Positions 24,630 to 37,739 of a stretch of 64,000 nucleotides of DNA are shown in pieces. Made by a program: the position numbers and the translations under genes. The stretch covers positions 80,290,001 through 80,354,000 of the forward strand of contig OZ024741.1 in assembly GCA_964016885.1 (NCBI GenBank), given 5' to 3'. The notes under the pieces are model-generated. The model was not told the origin of the DNA, made no database searches, and saw only the letters and a program-made list of their open reading frames with translations. Within the stretch, counting starts at the first letter, position 1; each line of letters opens with the position of its first letter. This DNA is from Eledone cirrhosa (Eukaryota).

Positions 24630-26013
24630 GTGATCGTTTATTGGGCCCTTAGAAAACTAGGGGTTAGTGAATGGCTTGTGAGAGCTATACAAGCCATGTA
24701 TAAAGAAACAGTCAGCAAGGTTAGAATTAACAATGAATATACTGAAGAATTTAGCGTAAAAGTTGTTCATCAGGGCTCTGTCCTTAGCCCTCTCCTATTT
24801 ATTATTGCCCTTCAGGCTATAACAGAGGAGTTCAAGACTGGCTGCTCATGGGAACTACTCTATGCAGATAATCTAACGCTCATAACTGAATCGATGGCTG
24901 AACTAGAGAAGAAATTCCAAACATGGAAGCATGGCCTAGAATCAAAAGGCCTTAAAGTTAACTTGTCTAAGACTAAAGTTCTAGTATGTATGAAGGAAAA
25001 TAGGGCACAGGTCCCCTCTGGGAAATGGCCATGCTCAGTGTGTAGGAAAAGAGTAGGCAGAAATTCCATAGGACACTAACTCCTTCTATTGCCCAGATGG
25101 CTCTATAGAAATAGTGGACACCTTCCGTTACCTGGGTGACAAAATCAGCAGTGGTGGATGGTGCTCAGCAAGTACAGTAGCCAGAGTCAGAATGGGATGG
25201 AAAAAGTTCAGAGCTTATACCACTATTGGCCGCTAAAAGGTTTCTCTCTAAAATTGAAAGGCAAACTGTATGATGCCTACATACAGCTATGTTACATGGC
25301 AGTGAGACATGGGAATTGTGTGCAGACTGGAGAGGAACGAAGTATGCATGCTCCGCTGGATGTGTAATAGTAATATACGTGAACGCAAAGCATAAATGAA
25401 CTAAGTGAGAAATTAGGAATAAGAGGGATCAGATGCTGTTTACTCGAGAGAAGACTATGTTGGTATGGTCACGTGATGCGCATGAAAACGACAGCTGTAT
25501 AAAAAAGTGCAGGGCGATCAAAATTGACAGAAGTTCCGGAGTAGGCAGACCCAGAAAAACCTGGGACAATTTGATAAATTCCGACATTACACACTTACAC
25601 CTTTCTAAGACAATGTCACTGGACCGAGATCTTTGGCGCTACGCAGTAATACAGAAAACCCACCTTGCCCAAGTACAAAGCGAAACCTACAGTCAGTAGG
25701 CACCCCCATCCCCATCAACACCACCCCTTTCTCTGTAAAGTTATGTTGGTTCCACAACATCCAGTCCTAGATAAATGAGGTCGACAAAAAAACACACAGT
25801 CCACGCTGTAATGTGGCCGTGTAGGTAACACGGTAAAAACCTCCCGGTCCACACTGTAAATGTGGTTGGTGTTAGGAAGGGCATCCAGCCGTAGAAAACC
25901 TGCCAGACAGTCCTATACGAGCGAGACAACCAATCTTGCCTCAAGTGGGACAATTCCCGTCTAAACCCATGCTAGCGTGGAAGATAGACGTTAAATGATG
26001 ATGATGATGATGA
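24630..26013 (+). mobile_element. 5'-truncated RTE/BovB-like LINE (PHD-insert family) with 3' UTR and (GAT)n tail
   Basis: HQGSVLSPLLFII, WELLYADNL, GLKVNLSKTKVL, GKWPCSVC, GRPRKTW; ends ccatgctagcgtggaagatagacgttaaatgatgatg. Confidence 0.9.
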
Positions 26014-26699
26014 TATATATATATATATACCGTATATGGTACATACTTGCAGGTAGGTAGATGTTTGAATAAGTGTCTTGGCCACAAACACAAGATGATA
26101 TTAGCAATGAGAATTGTTTCTGCATCAAGTTTGATGGAATGTTTGAAACAAATAGCTGAATACTCTGATTATGAAGTGGTTATGTAGGACACAATTCCAT
26201 CAAAGGTTTTCTCCTTGCTGATCCAGTTTCAAATTAGTCATTGCTCTCAATTTAACATTCTTTGCACAAACCATGTGTGAATGCAGAATCTGGATGAATG
26301 GTAGAATCTGGGGTCAGTTTTTGAACTTTGCAGGATAATGAATATACTTTTTCCACTCTTGTAGAATTTGTTTTGTATTCCATTGTCTTTCGACAGTTTT
26401 GCTCCAGGTTATTTCTGATTGAGCAGAACTATGATCAAAGTTGTTCTAACTTAGGACTACCTTAATGTAATGTCTTCCATTATTTTAAGATTATAAGAGT
26501 GATCTGAAGGAAATTTTATTGCTGTTTCTAACAGGTTAAGAAACTGTCTTTGACTTGTGATTCAAAAGTTGAATATACGATTTTCTTTTAGTTGCGTGGT
26601 AGGTAATGTTTTAGTAGACATCTATTATAACTAGCTACAGAATGGGAGAATTCTCAGTTCTGTGATGGTGGTGCTGCTGAAGAAAGATGGAAATAAAGA

Positions 26700-27060
26700 G
26701 GTCAGTTATTATCCTAGCTACTGTGCTTTCAGAGCAGCTTCTTCCACTTCTAATTAGGTCACCTCGGTAACAAGCTATCAATTATGTCTATTGGATCTTC
26801 TTGGAGTTGGAAAAAGTTTATTTCAAAGGTGCTTTTACTACTGTCTTTATGCATCTGCCACAGAAAGTCGGCTTTCTCTATTAGCCTATCAGTAAGCCCA
26901 CTACAACTCTTGTGTACACCTATTTTACAATGCTGACCTGAATAGAATTCCTACCTACTCCTTTTTGGTAATTTCCCTGATGGCACATGGGTCTTGTCTT
27001 TCCTACACATTGTTGCTGTTGGGGAATGGTTGAATCATTAAAGGCTTGTACTAAATACTT
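26700..27060 (-). mobile_element. Degenerate fragment of the PHD-insert RTE family
   Basis: Minus-strand remnants CRKDKTHVPSGK..GVGRNSIQ..VHK. Confidence 0.6.
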
Positions 27061-27089
27061 ATTCAGTTTAAATCATGCAAAATCCAACC

Positions 27090-27270
27090 CACCTCCTCCT
27101 CCACCCTCCTAAGAGGGTCGTGGGGACAGAATCCTCAAACACTCCTTCCAGTGGGTCCTATCAGTAGCAACTGTTTCCAACTGATCCGGGGTCTACCCCT
27201 AGGTCTCCTGCTGCTTGGTTTTGCTTGTAAAATCTGTCCAGCAATTTTTTTTTCCTGAAACATTTGCTTG
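27090..27270 (-). mobile_element. 3'-end fragment of the RTE family at 157-1340
   Basis: agagggtcgtggggacaga.tcctcaaacactccttccag is shared with 23705-23935. Confidence 0.75.
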
Positions 27271-28584
27271 ACATTTCCCCTCCTGTGACTTGGATCAGCC
27301 TGAGTTTATAGTAGAAGATACTTGCAGTGAGGTTGAACTTGGAACCACATACCATAACTTGGTCAAACTGCTTGCAACAAAATTATGCATGTATTACATA
27401 AAAATGTATATTTGCATGGAATTGCTTAATTAAGTAGCATCTGTATGAAAAAGTTAAATATGTGAACCCATATTTAATGTATGTAAAATAAATTCATTGA
27501 GAGAAAAACAATATTCGTTAATGTTTTTTGTGTTTTTTTTTTTTTCCTTTTAGTCTTGCTGAAGTTTTATGTCAATGATTCTAATGTCAAGAAGCGTAGC
27601 TTTGTCATAGAACTGACCAAAGTCACAGACAATGTTGGTTCTGAGGTTCAGAGAAAATGTTAACTTTCTATGATTTAAAATTTTTTTTAAGTTATTAGAA
27701 ATGAGGAGAAAATAATGCTAATTGGCAGAGTTACTAGAGCATCCACTAAAATACCTTGCAGCCTTCCAATTTTTTGCGCTCTTAGGTTCCAAACCTGTTG
27801 AATTCAATTTTGCCTTTCATTATTTTATGGTTGATAAAAAATATACCAGTTCAGGGTGGTGGAATTTCATTGAATGAAATGCCTTGCAGCAGTATCTGTT
27901 AGGCTCTGTGCATTCTGAATTCAAATCCAGCTGCCTGTCACTGGAAAAATGGTGACATGATAGGACTGGGACCCCTATGATTAAAATATCCAAGAAGCCT
28001 ATAAGATGTAACCTTGTGGGAGGCTGGCTAAACCAACACAAGTGTGAGCCACAACAACAAAATATCCAATGTATCATGTTGAGCAAATCAAGAAAGATTG
28101 ACTCTTTTACAGAGCTTGTTTTCCAAGTGTCTCAATATTGAAGTAATTACATTATCGAAGAGTCTTGATAGACATTTAAAATGCACATGTATACAGTTAT
28201 ATTTTGTAATAGTACAGTGTAAGCTTGTTGTTGTAATCGTGAATAATGTTACCAACTGGTTATTGTTATCAAAATTAGTGGGTCCCGAACTCTTTATTTA
28301 ATATTTAAAGTTAATTAAACATTATTTGCTTATTAAAATCAAGGCTGTGAATATTTTCAAAATGTTCAAGTAAACCATTACACAACCACTATAATTACTT
28401 TGGAGATAGAAAGAAAAATACCATTTGCTATGAGACATTGTGGGTGTATGATAAGGGTTGTTGGTGCTGAGAGTGAATGAGATCCTAATGTTTTAAGTTT
28501 ACTTATTGTGGCTGGCAGTGTTGGCATAAAAGAAGTTATTAATTTTAATCATGGATGTTATCAAACAATTATGAAAATTGTGGA

Positions 28585-28740
28585 TGCAGGCATGGTTGTG
28601 TGGTTGAGTTTGTCCTGCAGTCATTAGGTCTCAGGTTTGATCTCACTGCATATCATCATGGGCAAATGTTTTTGTTATAGCCTCAGGTTGACCCTAGGCT
28701 TGTGAATGAAATTGAGATGGAAAATGTAGAAGCCTGTTTG
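28585..28740 (+). mobile_element. Degenerate SINE family C (also 35685-35800, 46320-46470, 58210-58360)
   Basis: Shared tRNA-like head, t(g/a)ggcaa.tg..tt...atagc core and ttgtga(a/g)tgaa.ttgg..gatggaaa segment. Confidence 0.55.
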
Positions 28741-29109
28741 ATGGATTACACCTGTATTTTAGGTCCGGGTTGTCACATATTGTGTCACACTGACTCGGCT
28801 TGAGAATTATACTAAAAGTGTGTGTTTGTTGATACACAACCACTTACATGTTAAATTATTAGTTGGATGTTCAATTTATCAAACAAATAAATGCTCATTG
28901 TAGAAACCAATGGAGGAATCTAAATTAGTGATTAGAACCAATTAGTGAATCTAAATTTAAAATGAATTCAGATTTACCTGTTTATTAAAACCAAAGGTCT
29001 AGATGTTATGTACTGCTTATTGTTGAATGTGTTTCATCCTAAAATGATTCAATAAGTGGCTTCCACTGAATTTTATTTGATCTTTATAATATAGTTTTAG
29101 CATTTTATA

Positions 29110-30235
29110 GTCATTGACCCCTTGCTGAGAAAAAACCAAAATGGCTTCCGCACCAACAGATCAACATCAGGGCAAATACTTACTATTCAGCATATCTTGG
29201 AAGGCGTAAAAGCCAAAAACATCCCAGCAACTCTCCTGTTTATTGACTTTTCAAAAGTATTCGATTCTAGCCTACGGCTTGCCAAAGGAAACAGTAAATG
29301 CCATCATGATGTTATATAAAAACACCCGCGCAATGGTGCGCTCACCTGATGGAGATACCAACTTTGACATCATTGCAGGAGTACTCCAAGGGAGTACTCC
29401 TGCACTATATATTTTTATCATCTGCCTCTACTATGTATTGAGAAAAGCCCTGGACGAAAACTTAGAGCTTGGTTTCACTCTCACAAAGCGAAAGTGTAGA
29501 CGCCATGTAGCTCAGAAAATCACCGATGCTGACTATGCGGATGATTTAGCGGTCCTCGGTGACTACCTTAACGATGCAACATCACTACTTCACAGCATCA
29601 AATCAGTTGCAAAGGAAATCGGACTCTATGTCAACGCAGGCAAAACAATATATTTGCCTGAACCAAGACTCCTCAGTTGGTATGCGAAGTCTAAACGGAG
29701 ATATAATCAAGCAAGTTGACGACTTCAAATACTTGGGTAGCTATATCGCCTCCATAGAACATGATGTTAACATCAGACTGGGAAAAGCCTGGAGAGCATT
29801 GAATGCAATGGAAAAAATATGGAAATCAAACCTGCCGGCCAAACTGAAAAGGAATTTCTTCAGAGCTACTGTGGAATCTGTGCGTGTTTATGGCTTGGAC
29901 GCTAACGTCAAAACTGGAGAAAAAGCTAGACGGGGCATACACACGTATGCTCCGTGCTGCTTTAAACGTATCTTGGAGGGAACACTCAACAAATACGGAT
30001 CTCTATGGCAATATACCACCTATCAGCAGGTCAATACGTGAACAGAGACTCAGATTTTCTGGCCACTGTTGGCGCAGCAAGGAAGAAATAGCAGGCGATG
30101 TATTGTTATGGAGCAAGAAATGCTGGTCATCCCAAGAAGACATACGTCAAGCAACTTGAGTACGATACTGGATGCACTGGAGGAAATGTGTCGTAGAAGG
30201 CCGAGCAAGCTCGACCTGATGATGATGATGATGAT
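29110..30235 (+). mobile_element. 5'-truncated RTE-clade LINE (third family) with (GAT)n tail
   Basis: Frameshifted ORFs: QNGFRTNRST, FIDFSKVFDS, GVLQG, DADYADDLA, FKYLGS, LRFSGHCWR. Confidence 0.9.
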
Positions 30236-32382
30236 TTTATAGTTTATGATACTATCACAAAAAAAGCTAATTTAATGGTATCATCATCATTTAACACCTG
30301 TTTTCTCTATCATGTCAAGTGGAACCTCTAACCTCAATGTGGGCCAGGGGCCCTACATACAATCCTACACTTTACCATGTGCATTTTATCATTGCACCAA
30401 CTTTAGGGAAGTTGTCACATTCTATGGTATAGTTGAAGTATATTTTAAATGCTTTTGTGAGTTTTATTGAAATTTTGTAACTTAAGTATTCTGTTGCTTA
30501 GCTTCAACTTTGTCCTGATCAAGGAAATCTATGATCTAAAGCATAATGTAGCTCTGGGCTACATTATCCAAACCCGATTTGTCCTCTTTTTTTCTATTTC
30601 TAACATGTCAAATGACTGTCTAGAGGCTCTTTCAAGATATATTCTGTTTTTGAAGAGTGATTAAACCATCATTATTATCAATTTATGCCAAACCATCATT
30701 ACGCCTGTCTTCTGCACCAATATGGGCTGAACTGGTTGTTTTGATATAAGCCAGTTCTTATTCAGAGTTACTGCCTGAAATAGGTCAGAGGACCATGTCT
30801 TGCTCATGTTTCACTTTTTACATAGTTTCTATGGCTGGATGTCCTTTCTAACCAACTATGTTATTGGGAATGTTTTATTGTAGTTTGAGTACTAGAGAAG
30901 TCATCATGTTCTTGACCCAACAAAGTCATTCTCTCTATGCTATGTTGTCTCCAATTGCCAACCACTTAACTTTGTACATTTTATAGTGGTATCAACACCA
31001 GGAGGTATTTACATTGCTCCTTGCATGGCTAAAATGTGCTCGAGACTGATTTGAAGAGGAGTATAAATCGAAGTGGGAAGCGGGTTACAGTGATAAAATG
31101 GGAGGATGGAAAAGAAGCAATGGTAGCTATTTGTTGGTTGGATGTTGAGTAACTAATTATTTTCTTGCTTTTGAAGCTCAGCTGGTTTGAGTGTCTGTTG
31201 CATATACAACTGTATTACTAGCAATATGCAAAATGGTCTTGTGCCAAGTGCTAAAAATCATTGAAGTATTTTTAGGTTGGAAATATATCAGTTGTTATCA
31301 AAACTTATTCCTTGAAATCTACTAAAGAATCTTCTAACAGAAAATAGAAATAAATAATAATACATACATCATGTGATGATGATAATTTCCGGTAATGAAA
31401 TTTACAGGAATTCTAACAAAGAATTTATAAGAGGTCTGTACTTAGTCTTTTTGTTTATTTCTTTATGGTGTTTGCTTTCAACCTGTTCTTGTTTAACCCT
31501 GTTCATTTCTGATAGAGCAGACATAAAAAGAGGCATGCAAGCTGGTTTTCCTTTTGGTCTGTGGATCTTGAACCACATTATCCAATATTTCTTTTCTTGG
31601 TGACTAGGGTGTAATTTGAAGAATTTTGACTGATGTTTAAGAGTCATTTTTATTTAGCCCTAAGTTAGAATTGATTGAGCCTACCTATGATAATTGTTCA
31701 AATGTATTCCAGTCATTTCATATATAGCATAGCATAATTTAGCTGATGCACTGCATGTAAAAAAAGAAAAAAGCAATGTTTATTCAGATTCATCATCCTA
31801 ATATGTATTCCATTCCTTCTTTCCTTAAGCTCACAACTTCTAATAGGGCTATTTGACATATGATGTATCTTGGGCTTCTGAACATGGTTGTGTGCACCTT
31901 CTCTGATTTCCTCCAGAGAGACAAAGTGAGAGATTGTGAGAAAGTCAGAAGAATTAACTCAGTACTAGATGAAAGGATGAATTGAAAGGTTAACCATGGC
32001 AGGATTTAAACTAGACTGAATAAATACCACAAGTCACTCTATCCAGGGCTCTACTGATTCTGCTAATTCACTATATACTGTTTGTTAACCAATGTACAGT
32101 TGTTGTTACCAACACTAACAAAAACTAGTTTATATTTTAGAAAGAAACTAACTTCTGGATATTCAGGTGGATGGACGAGTTTTATTTACATTGTTTATAT
32201 CATGTAGCACCCAGTTAAAATTTGAATGCTTAGTTCTTTATGGTATATCTAATTAGAATATATTGTCATTTTATGTTCAAGTTTCATGCTGCCATGGACT
32301 GAGACATTATGTGTGTGTGTATATTTATATATATCAAGTAAGAGTAGTTAAGACGAGGTTACTTCACCATAATTGCTTTATT

Positions 32383-32433
32383 GCATGATATATATTTCTG
32401 TTACATGGTTATACATGTGACTTCATCAGATGC
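32383..32433 (-). ncRNA. Minimal type I hammerhead ribozyme fold (family 3), slightly decayed
   Basis: Minus strand: gcat-CTGATGA-agtcacatg[tataac]catgtaaca-GAA-ATATATAT-C-atgc. Palindromic stem III, AUC triplet; A.A at the base of stem II. Confidence 0.65.
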
Positions 32434-32557
32434 TTATACAATCATAGGTGTAGTTATGCAATCGTCGAGATATGTCGCTGGTCATGTATTAGCATCCAGT
32501 TGTGATGCCAGTAGACATGAATCTCTTTCTCACACACACATATATATATATATATAT

Positions 32558-32895
32558 GGAGGCACATGGCTTAGTGGTTAGAGCATTGGCCTTGCAATCG
32601 AAAGGTTGTGAGTTCAATTCTCAGACCCGGTGATGTGTTGTTTCCTTGAGCAAGACACTTTATTTCACATTGCTCCAGTTTACTCAGCTGTAGTAATGAG
32701 ATGATAGGGACTGGGGTCCATATCATTCCACTGCAAAGTGGTCGTGGAGGTGCCACGGCAAAAAAGCACCCAGCACTCACTGTAAATGAGGTTGGTGTTA
32801 GGAAGGGCATCCAGCTGTAGAAATCAAGTCAGAATCAGTTCCCGTCCCACCCTTGCAAGCAGGAAAAAGCGGACGTAAAATGATGATGATGATGA
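32558..32895 (+). mobile_element. Full-length tRNA-derived SINE family A with RTE-type tail
   Basis: A box tggcttagtgg, B box gagttcaattc, core ccttgagcaagacactt, ggttggtgttaggaagggcatccagc module and gacgtaaaatgatgatg tail; second copy at 53961. Confidence 0.9.
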
Positions 32896-34074
32896 TATAG
32901 TTGTATTAAGAACTTTGAAATTAAAGTTGAGACAGAAAAAAAGAATCAGATGCACTGTTGTATTTATCACTTATTAAGTAACTGTATTGCTGGTTACACT
33001 ATAGAGTGACTGCCATTCTGTTTGAACTGTACTGTTTTATCTCCACATGATAATTAGGTAGACGATAATTGTGTGGAAATTTGTAATTCAAAAACATCTT
33101 TGTAACACACTGTCGTACTAAGAAGAAAACATTAAAGAATACTTGAAGAATATTTAGTACAAGTGTTTAGAATATTTAGCCACTTACACTATATTTCAAT
33201 GAGTAGGTAGTTCTGTTAATCAAACAGTTGGAATACTTGTTTGTTGAACCCAAGAGTTCCTTATCATATAGAGTGAGGAACTTGACCCAGATCAGATGGT
33301 TAATAACTTTTTTCTTATAAACCTTTTGTTCATGCTTGATTTTAGATGTTGAACATTTTTCTTTTGGAAATCCTTATTTCATGAACAATGTGCTTTTTTA
33401 CTAAGTCCTTACTGTGGTTTCCTGCAAAACTTTTTTTTATTTCTTTACATAACGATCAGAGCCGATTAAAGAGTTTTAAATTGGTGTTGGGCACATAACA
33501 AAAGACAAATGTTTACTTTCTGAAAATTTTTTAAATGTAATTACTGGAGAGCCAGCACCATCAAAATTGATGGCAATTCAAATATTAAAAGTTATATGAT
33601 CCTACGTTATTGTATATCAGTGGTTGCATCATATATATTTAGGATAGTATAGTTTGATTTGGCTGCTTTTGGCATTAGATGATGCAAGCACTTTCAAACT
33701 TAATTAGTTATGTGGTTTCTTCACTAGTAATTATAACACCTAAGTATGGGATCTATCTCGCTTGATATCCTCATCATAATTCTACACTTACTTTCCATGC
33801 TAGCATGTATTAGAAAGGTTGTCTCCAATCTAGAGAGATTGGAGGATCATGACTTGTTTGAATGTTGCATCAATATCATCATCCTTGGCATAGATTTTCT
33901 CATGCCGGCATGAAACAAAAAATTAAATATCTCCTTAACCCTTTCATTATATTTCAATTAATTTGGAAAATAATCAAAGATTTGGAGGAATTTTATAAAA
34001 TAACTTTTTTATTGGTCAGCTCATGTTTGGAATATAACTTAACATGAGCTCTTACCTAGAATTATAATTGAAGG

Positions 34075-34121
<47 letters not shown>

Positions 34122-34123
<2 letters not shown>

Positions 34124-34545
34124 CAATTAAGTTAAAAATGTACATCCGCATATGTATACTGAAATACTAGTATGCATATGAATACACACACGTATACATA
34201 TGTAGATGTACCAAGTCTTTCACTGGTTACTTTACTGTGAGTATCCAGCTATTCTGTATGTAAACACACAGACAAACCGGTTTTTAGAGTCATACTGGTT
34301 TTTGAGGAAACACCTTTCCTCTATTCTCCAGAAAGCCAGACAAGGAATATTGAACTAGTTTCGTTGTTGTTACAACTCATCAGCAATATTTACCTATCTA
34401 CCGGCCTTTCTGGAGAATCGTAAAAGCACATATCGTTATATGCTTTTTCTATGAAAATTAGTAGTGGGCAGACTAATTGTTTAAGCGTCAGTCATACAAA
34501 AGTGAGTTACAAACGAAACGAAATTTAATTTTGTTTCGTTATTTG

Positions 34546-34550
<5 letters not shown>
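34122..34550 (-). mobile_element. Putative Penelope-like pseudo-LTR insert between two long (TA)n tracts
   Basis: Bounded by (TA)n at ~34080-34121 and ~34551-34600; carries a canonical minimal hammerhead. No coding remnant seen. Confidence 0.5.
34346..34390 (-). ncRNA. Canonical minimal type I hammerhead ribozyme fold (family 2)
   Basis: Minus strand: aatattg-CTGATGA-gttgt[aaca]acaac-GAA-ACTAGT-T-caatatt. 7-bp stem I, 5-bp stem II with G-C closing pair, palindromic stem III. Confidence 0.85.
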
Positions 34551-34604
<54 letters not shown>

Positions 34605-36069
34605 GCTTTAAAACAAGTTGTTTTATATCATTGGATTAGGGGTGATTTCAAGTGGGTTGTTATCTAAAAGGTTAAGACTCCAGTTTCTAATATCAGCATG
34701 TAGATAAAAAGATATATATATACTCATATATAAGCTGAAAAATGCACGACAAAAAATCAATGGTAAAATGGGGGATTGGTTTATATTCGAGGTCAATATT
34801 TTGCTGATTTTCACCAACTTCAAATTCTACATAAATGAGATGCTAAAATATCTGGAGTGATTATTTTACAATGAAACACTGTTTTTCTGCATTTACTACA
34901 TCGTCATTAGTGTTATTTATGCATTCTCATGAAAATATTTCCAGCAAATTTTTATAATTTGAACTTTTTAATACATAAATATCACATACACACATACTTC
35001 AACGTTTTCTCTTACTTCTTTCTGACTTTTATTCTGTTGCTCTCACTCCACCCCCCCCCCCCTTTTTGCTCTGCCTCTCCTCTTTCTAGCTTGCAGTCTC
35101 CCTAGCTCTTCTACTCTATGAATCCCTCTACAGAGTTCTCTTATTCGATCTCTTGTTTTCTAAGTACTCCTAACTGTGAATAGGAAAATTCAAGAAACTT
35201 GCTAAAACTTTATAAAACAGATGAAATGGTAAAACTCATTAAGTATTGGAGTTGTGAAACAAAAACTATATCCTAAACAAGACTTAAAACATTTTAAACA
35301 TCAAAATATTAAAACTTCATAGATATATTTTATACTCATGAGAATTTCAAAACCATACCTCAGCTTATAAACAAGGTTTGGATTTTTGCCCATTTCTCAG
35401 GCATAAAATAGAGGTGTCTACTTATATTTGAGTATATAATAGTCCTAGGTAAAATGCCAACTTTTTGTTCCATTATGTTCCATCCCTTCAGATTCTTGAC
35501 TATATTTCAAAATTGATCGAAACACATTGACAGTGTGTAATGCACATTCTGTGGATTCAAACTAGTGACACCTGGACTGTTAATCATATGGTTGTAATGT
35601 TTCTATTTCTACACTCAATATATTTCTGAGCTCACTCTCCTGAGGATAGGTATTTAGGGCCATGTTAATAGCACTTCTATTATGGGCTAAAGGTTGTGTG
35701 GTTAAGAAATTTGCTTTGCAGCCACATTGTTTCAGGTACGGTTTAACTGTGTAGCATCTTGGGCAAATATCCTTTACCATAGGTTTGGGTTGACCAATCA
35801 GCAAGAATACTGAAAAATGAGTGCTTTAGGAACAAAAGTCCTTGATATATTTATTCTACAAACTCATGGACATTTCCTTGTTACTTTCCCTCAGAAATAG
35901 AAACTGGTAACCAATGACACTATGGTTTACAAATTGCAATATAGAATAAATAAATATCCTAGATATAAATAAATTTTCTCAGAATTGTAAACTAAAATAG
36001 TCTTTTATAATGTTTTACCTACATCTCTATGGCACTATAATACACCCTTAGAATCTAATGAGTAAATGC

Positions 36070-36400
36070 CTGTAAGTGTGTGTTCCGTCTGTTGGTGCGA
36101 GTATGTTTACCTGTTTGGATAAGTGAGGGCCTCTCTGTGTAAATAAGTGTTCTGTCAGTTGGTGTGTGTTTAAGTATTTGTCTTTCTGTCTGTGAGAGTG
36201 GTGGTTTGTTTATTTGTCTGTGTGAAGGTCTAATTCTGTCAGCTTGAGGGTTTGTTTTCTTGTGAGTATGTGTTTAAGTGTCTGTCAGTTTGATAGTGAC
36301 GTTTCACTGTCTGTCAGTATGTGTTTGAAGGTCTCTCTCTGTTAGTGCGTATTTGGGCATGGTAGATGGATCTATCTGTCAGTTTGTTTGATTGTCTTAC
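36070..36400. repeat. Degenerate TG-rich minisatellite upstream of the exon at 36530
   Basis: Recurring tctgtcagt / gtgtttaag words. Confidence 0.55.
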
Positions 36401-36529
36401 ATATTGAATCCTGTGTATATAACATGTCTATAAATAAGATTCCTCATTTATGAATTTATTTTAATTGGACTGTTCAGTTTTTTTTATGCTCTTTAATGTA
36501 ATTTATTTCTGTTTGTTTTGTCTTTTCAG

Positions 36530-37650
36530 ACTGTTTGAAATGTCCAACATGTTCCATGGAGTTCCCAGGAGCAGCTATCATAAACAACGAATTCTACCTG
36601 GAGAGTAAAATCAATTCTAATGAAGAGACGGAAGATGTCAGTTTTTTGTGTACTGCATGTGAGGAGGGTGATTCAGCAACATCCTTCTGTGGTGATTGTG
36701 GTGAATGGCTGTGTAAGCAATGTGTGCAAGCACACAAAAGAGTTCGAGTTACTAAGGACCACACAGTGGTCACAAAGGAAGAGGCAATTCGGAATCAGAA
36801 TATTAGCAGTGAAAAGACTGTCTATTGTAAACTGCACAAGCAGGAACCCCTTAAGTTATTCTGTGAAACCTGTGACAAGGTAACTTGCCGTGACTGCCAG
36901 CTCCTTGAACATAAAGAACACAAGTACTTGTTTGTGCATGAGGCATCAAACAAGGAAAAACAGATTCTCAATCAGCTGTTGATGAAAGCCAAAGAGAAGC
37001 AGGGACAGATAAAGCAAGCTAGGCAACTTCTCAAACAGAGACACACAGACATCCGGGATCGAGAGCAGATTGTCGTCTATGAAATCAAAAGCCTCGGGGA
37101 GAAAATAACCCAAGAGGTGATGAGGCGACTGAAGAACGTCATGTCTGAATTGGATTTTGCCTGTCGGCAAAAGAAGGACCACTTGGTAAAGCTGACCAAC
37201 GAAGTGAACTACTTGGATGACAGGACAACACACTGTGTCGCTTTTGTGGAAGATGCCATTAAGACTGGCAGCAGCCTGTCGCTGTTGTATACTAAAAATT
37301 ACATGAAAAAGAATCTGAAGAAATTAATTGACTCACCCTTGCGTGTGCCACACCCGAACCATAAAGTTGACATCCAGTTTACATATAACATCGATGACCT
37401 TGTAGTTGCCATCAAATCTCTAGGTTCACTACAGATCGATGGCCGGCACTATGGTAAGATCCCAATGATGGTGGCTGCTGCTGCCGCCGCCGCCTCTGCA
37501 TCGTCTAATCAAGGTCAGGAGGGCAGCAGTCCTGTTATCACAAAGACTGCTAGTAGCCAGTCACTAGATAATCGTTACTATGTTGGTTCCATATCGACAG
37601 ACCATCAGCGAATACTCATGCGAAAGCTGCATGAGATGCAGATAAAAACT

Positions 37651-37685
<35 letters not shown>

Positions 37686-37695
37686 ACCGCAACAA

Positions 37696-37739
<44 letters not shown>

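Noticed and set aside
32558-32630. tRNA gene (also 53961-54030 and the SINE B heads)
   Set aside because: The A and B boxes run into SINE bodies and tails; no acceptor stem or terminator.
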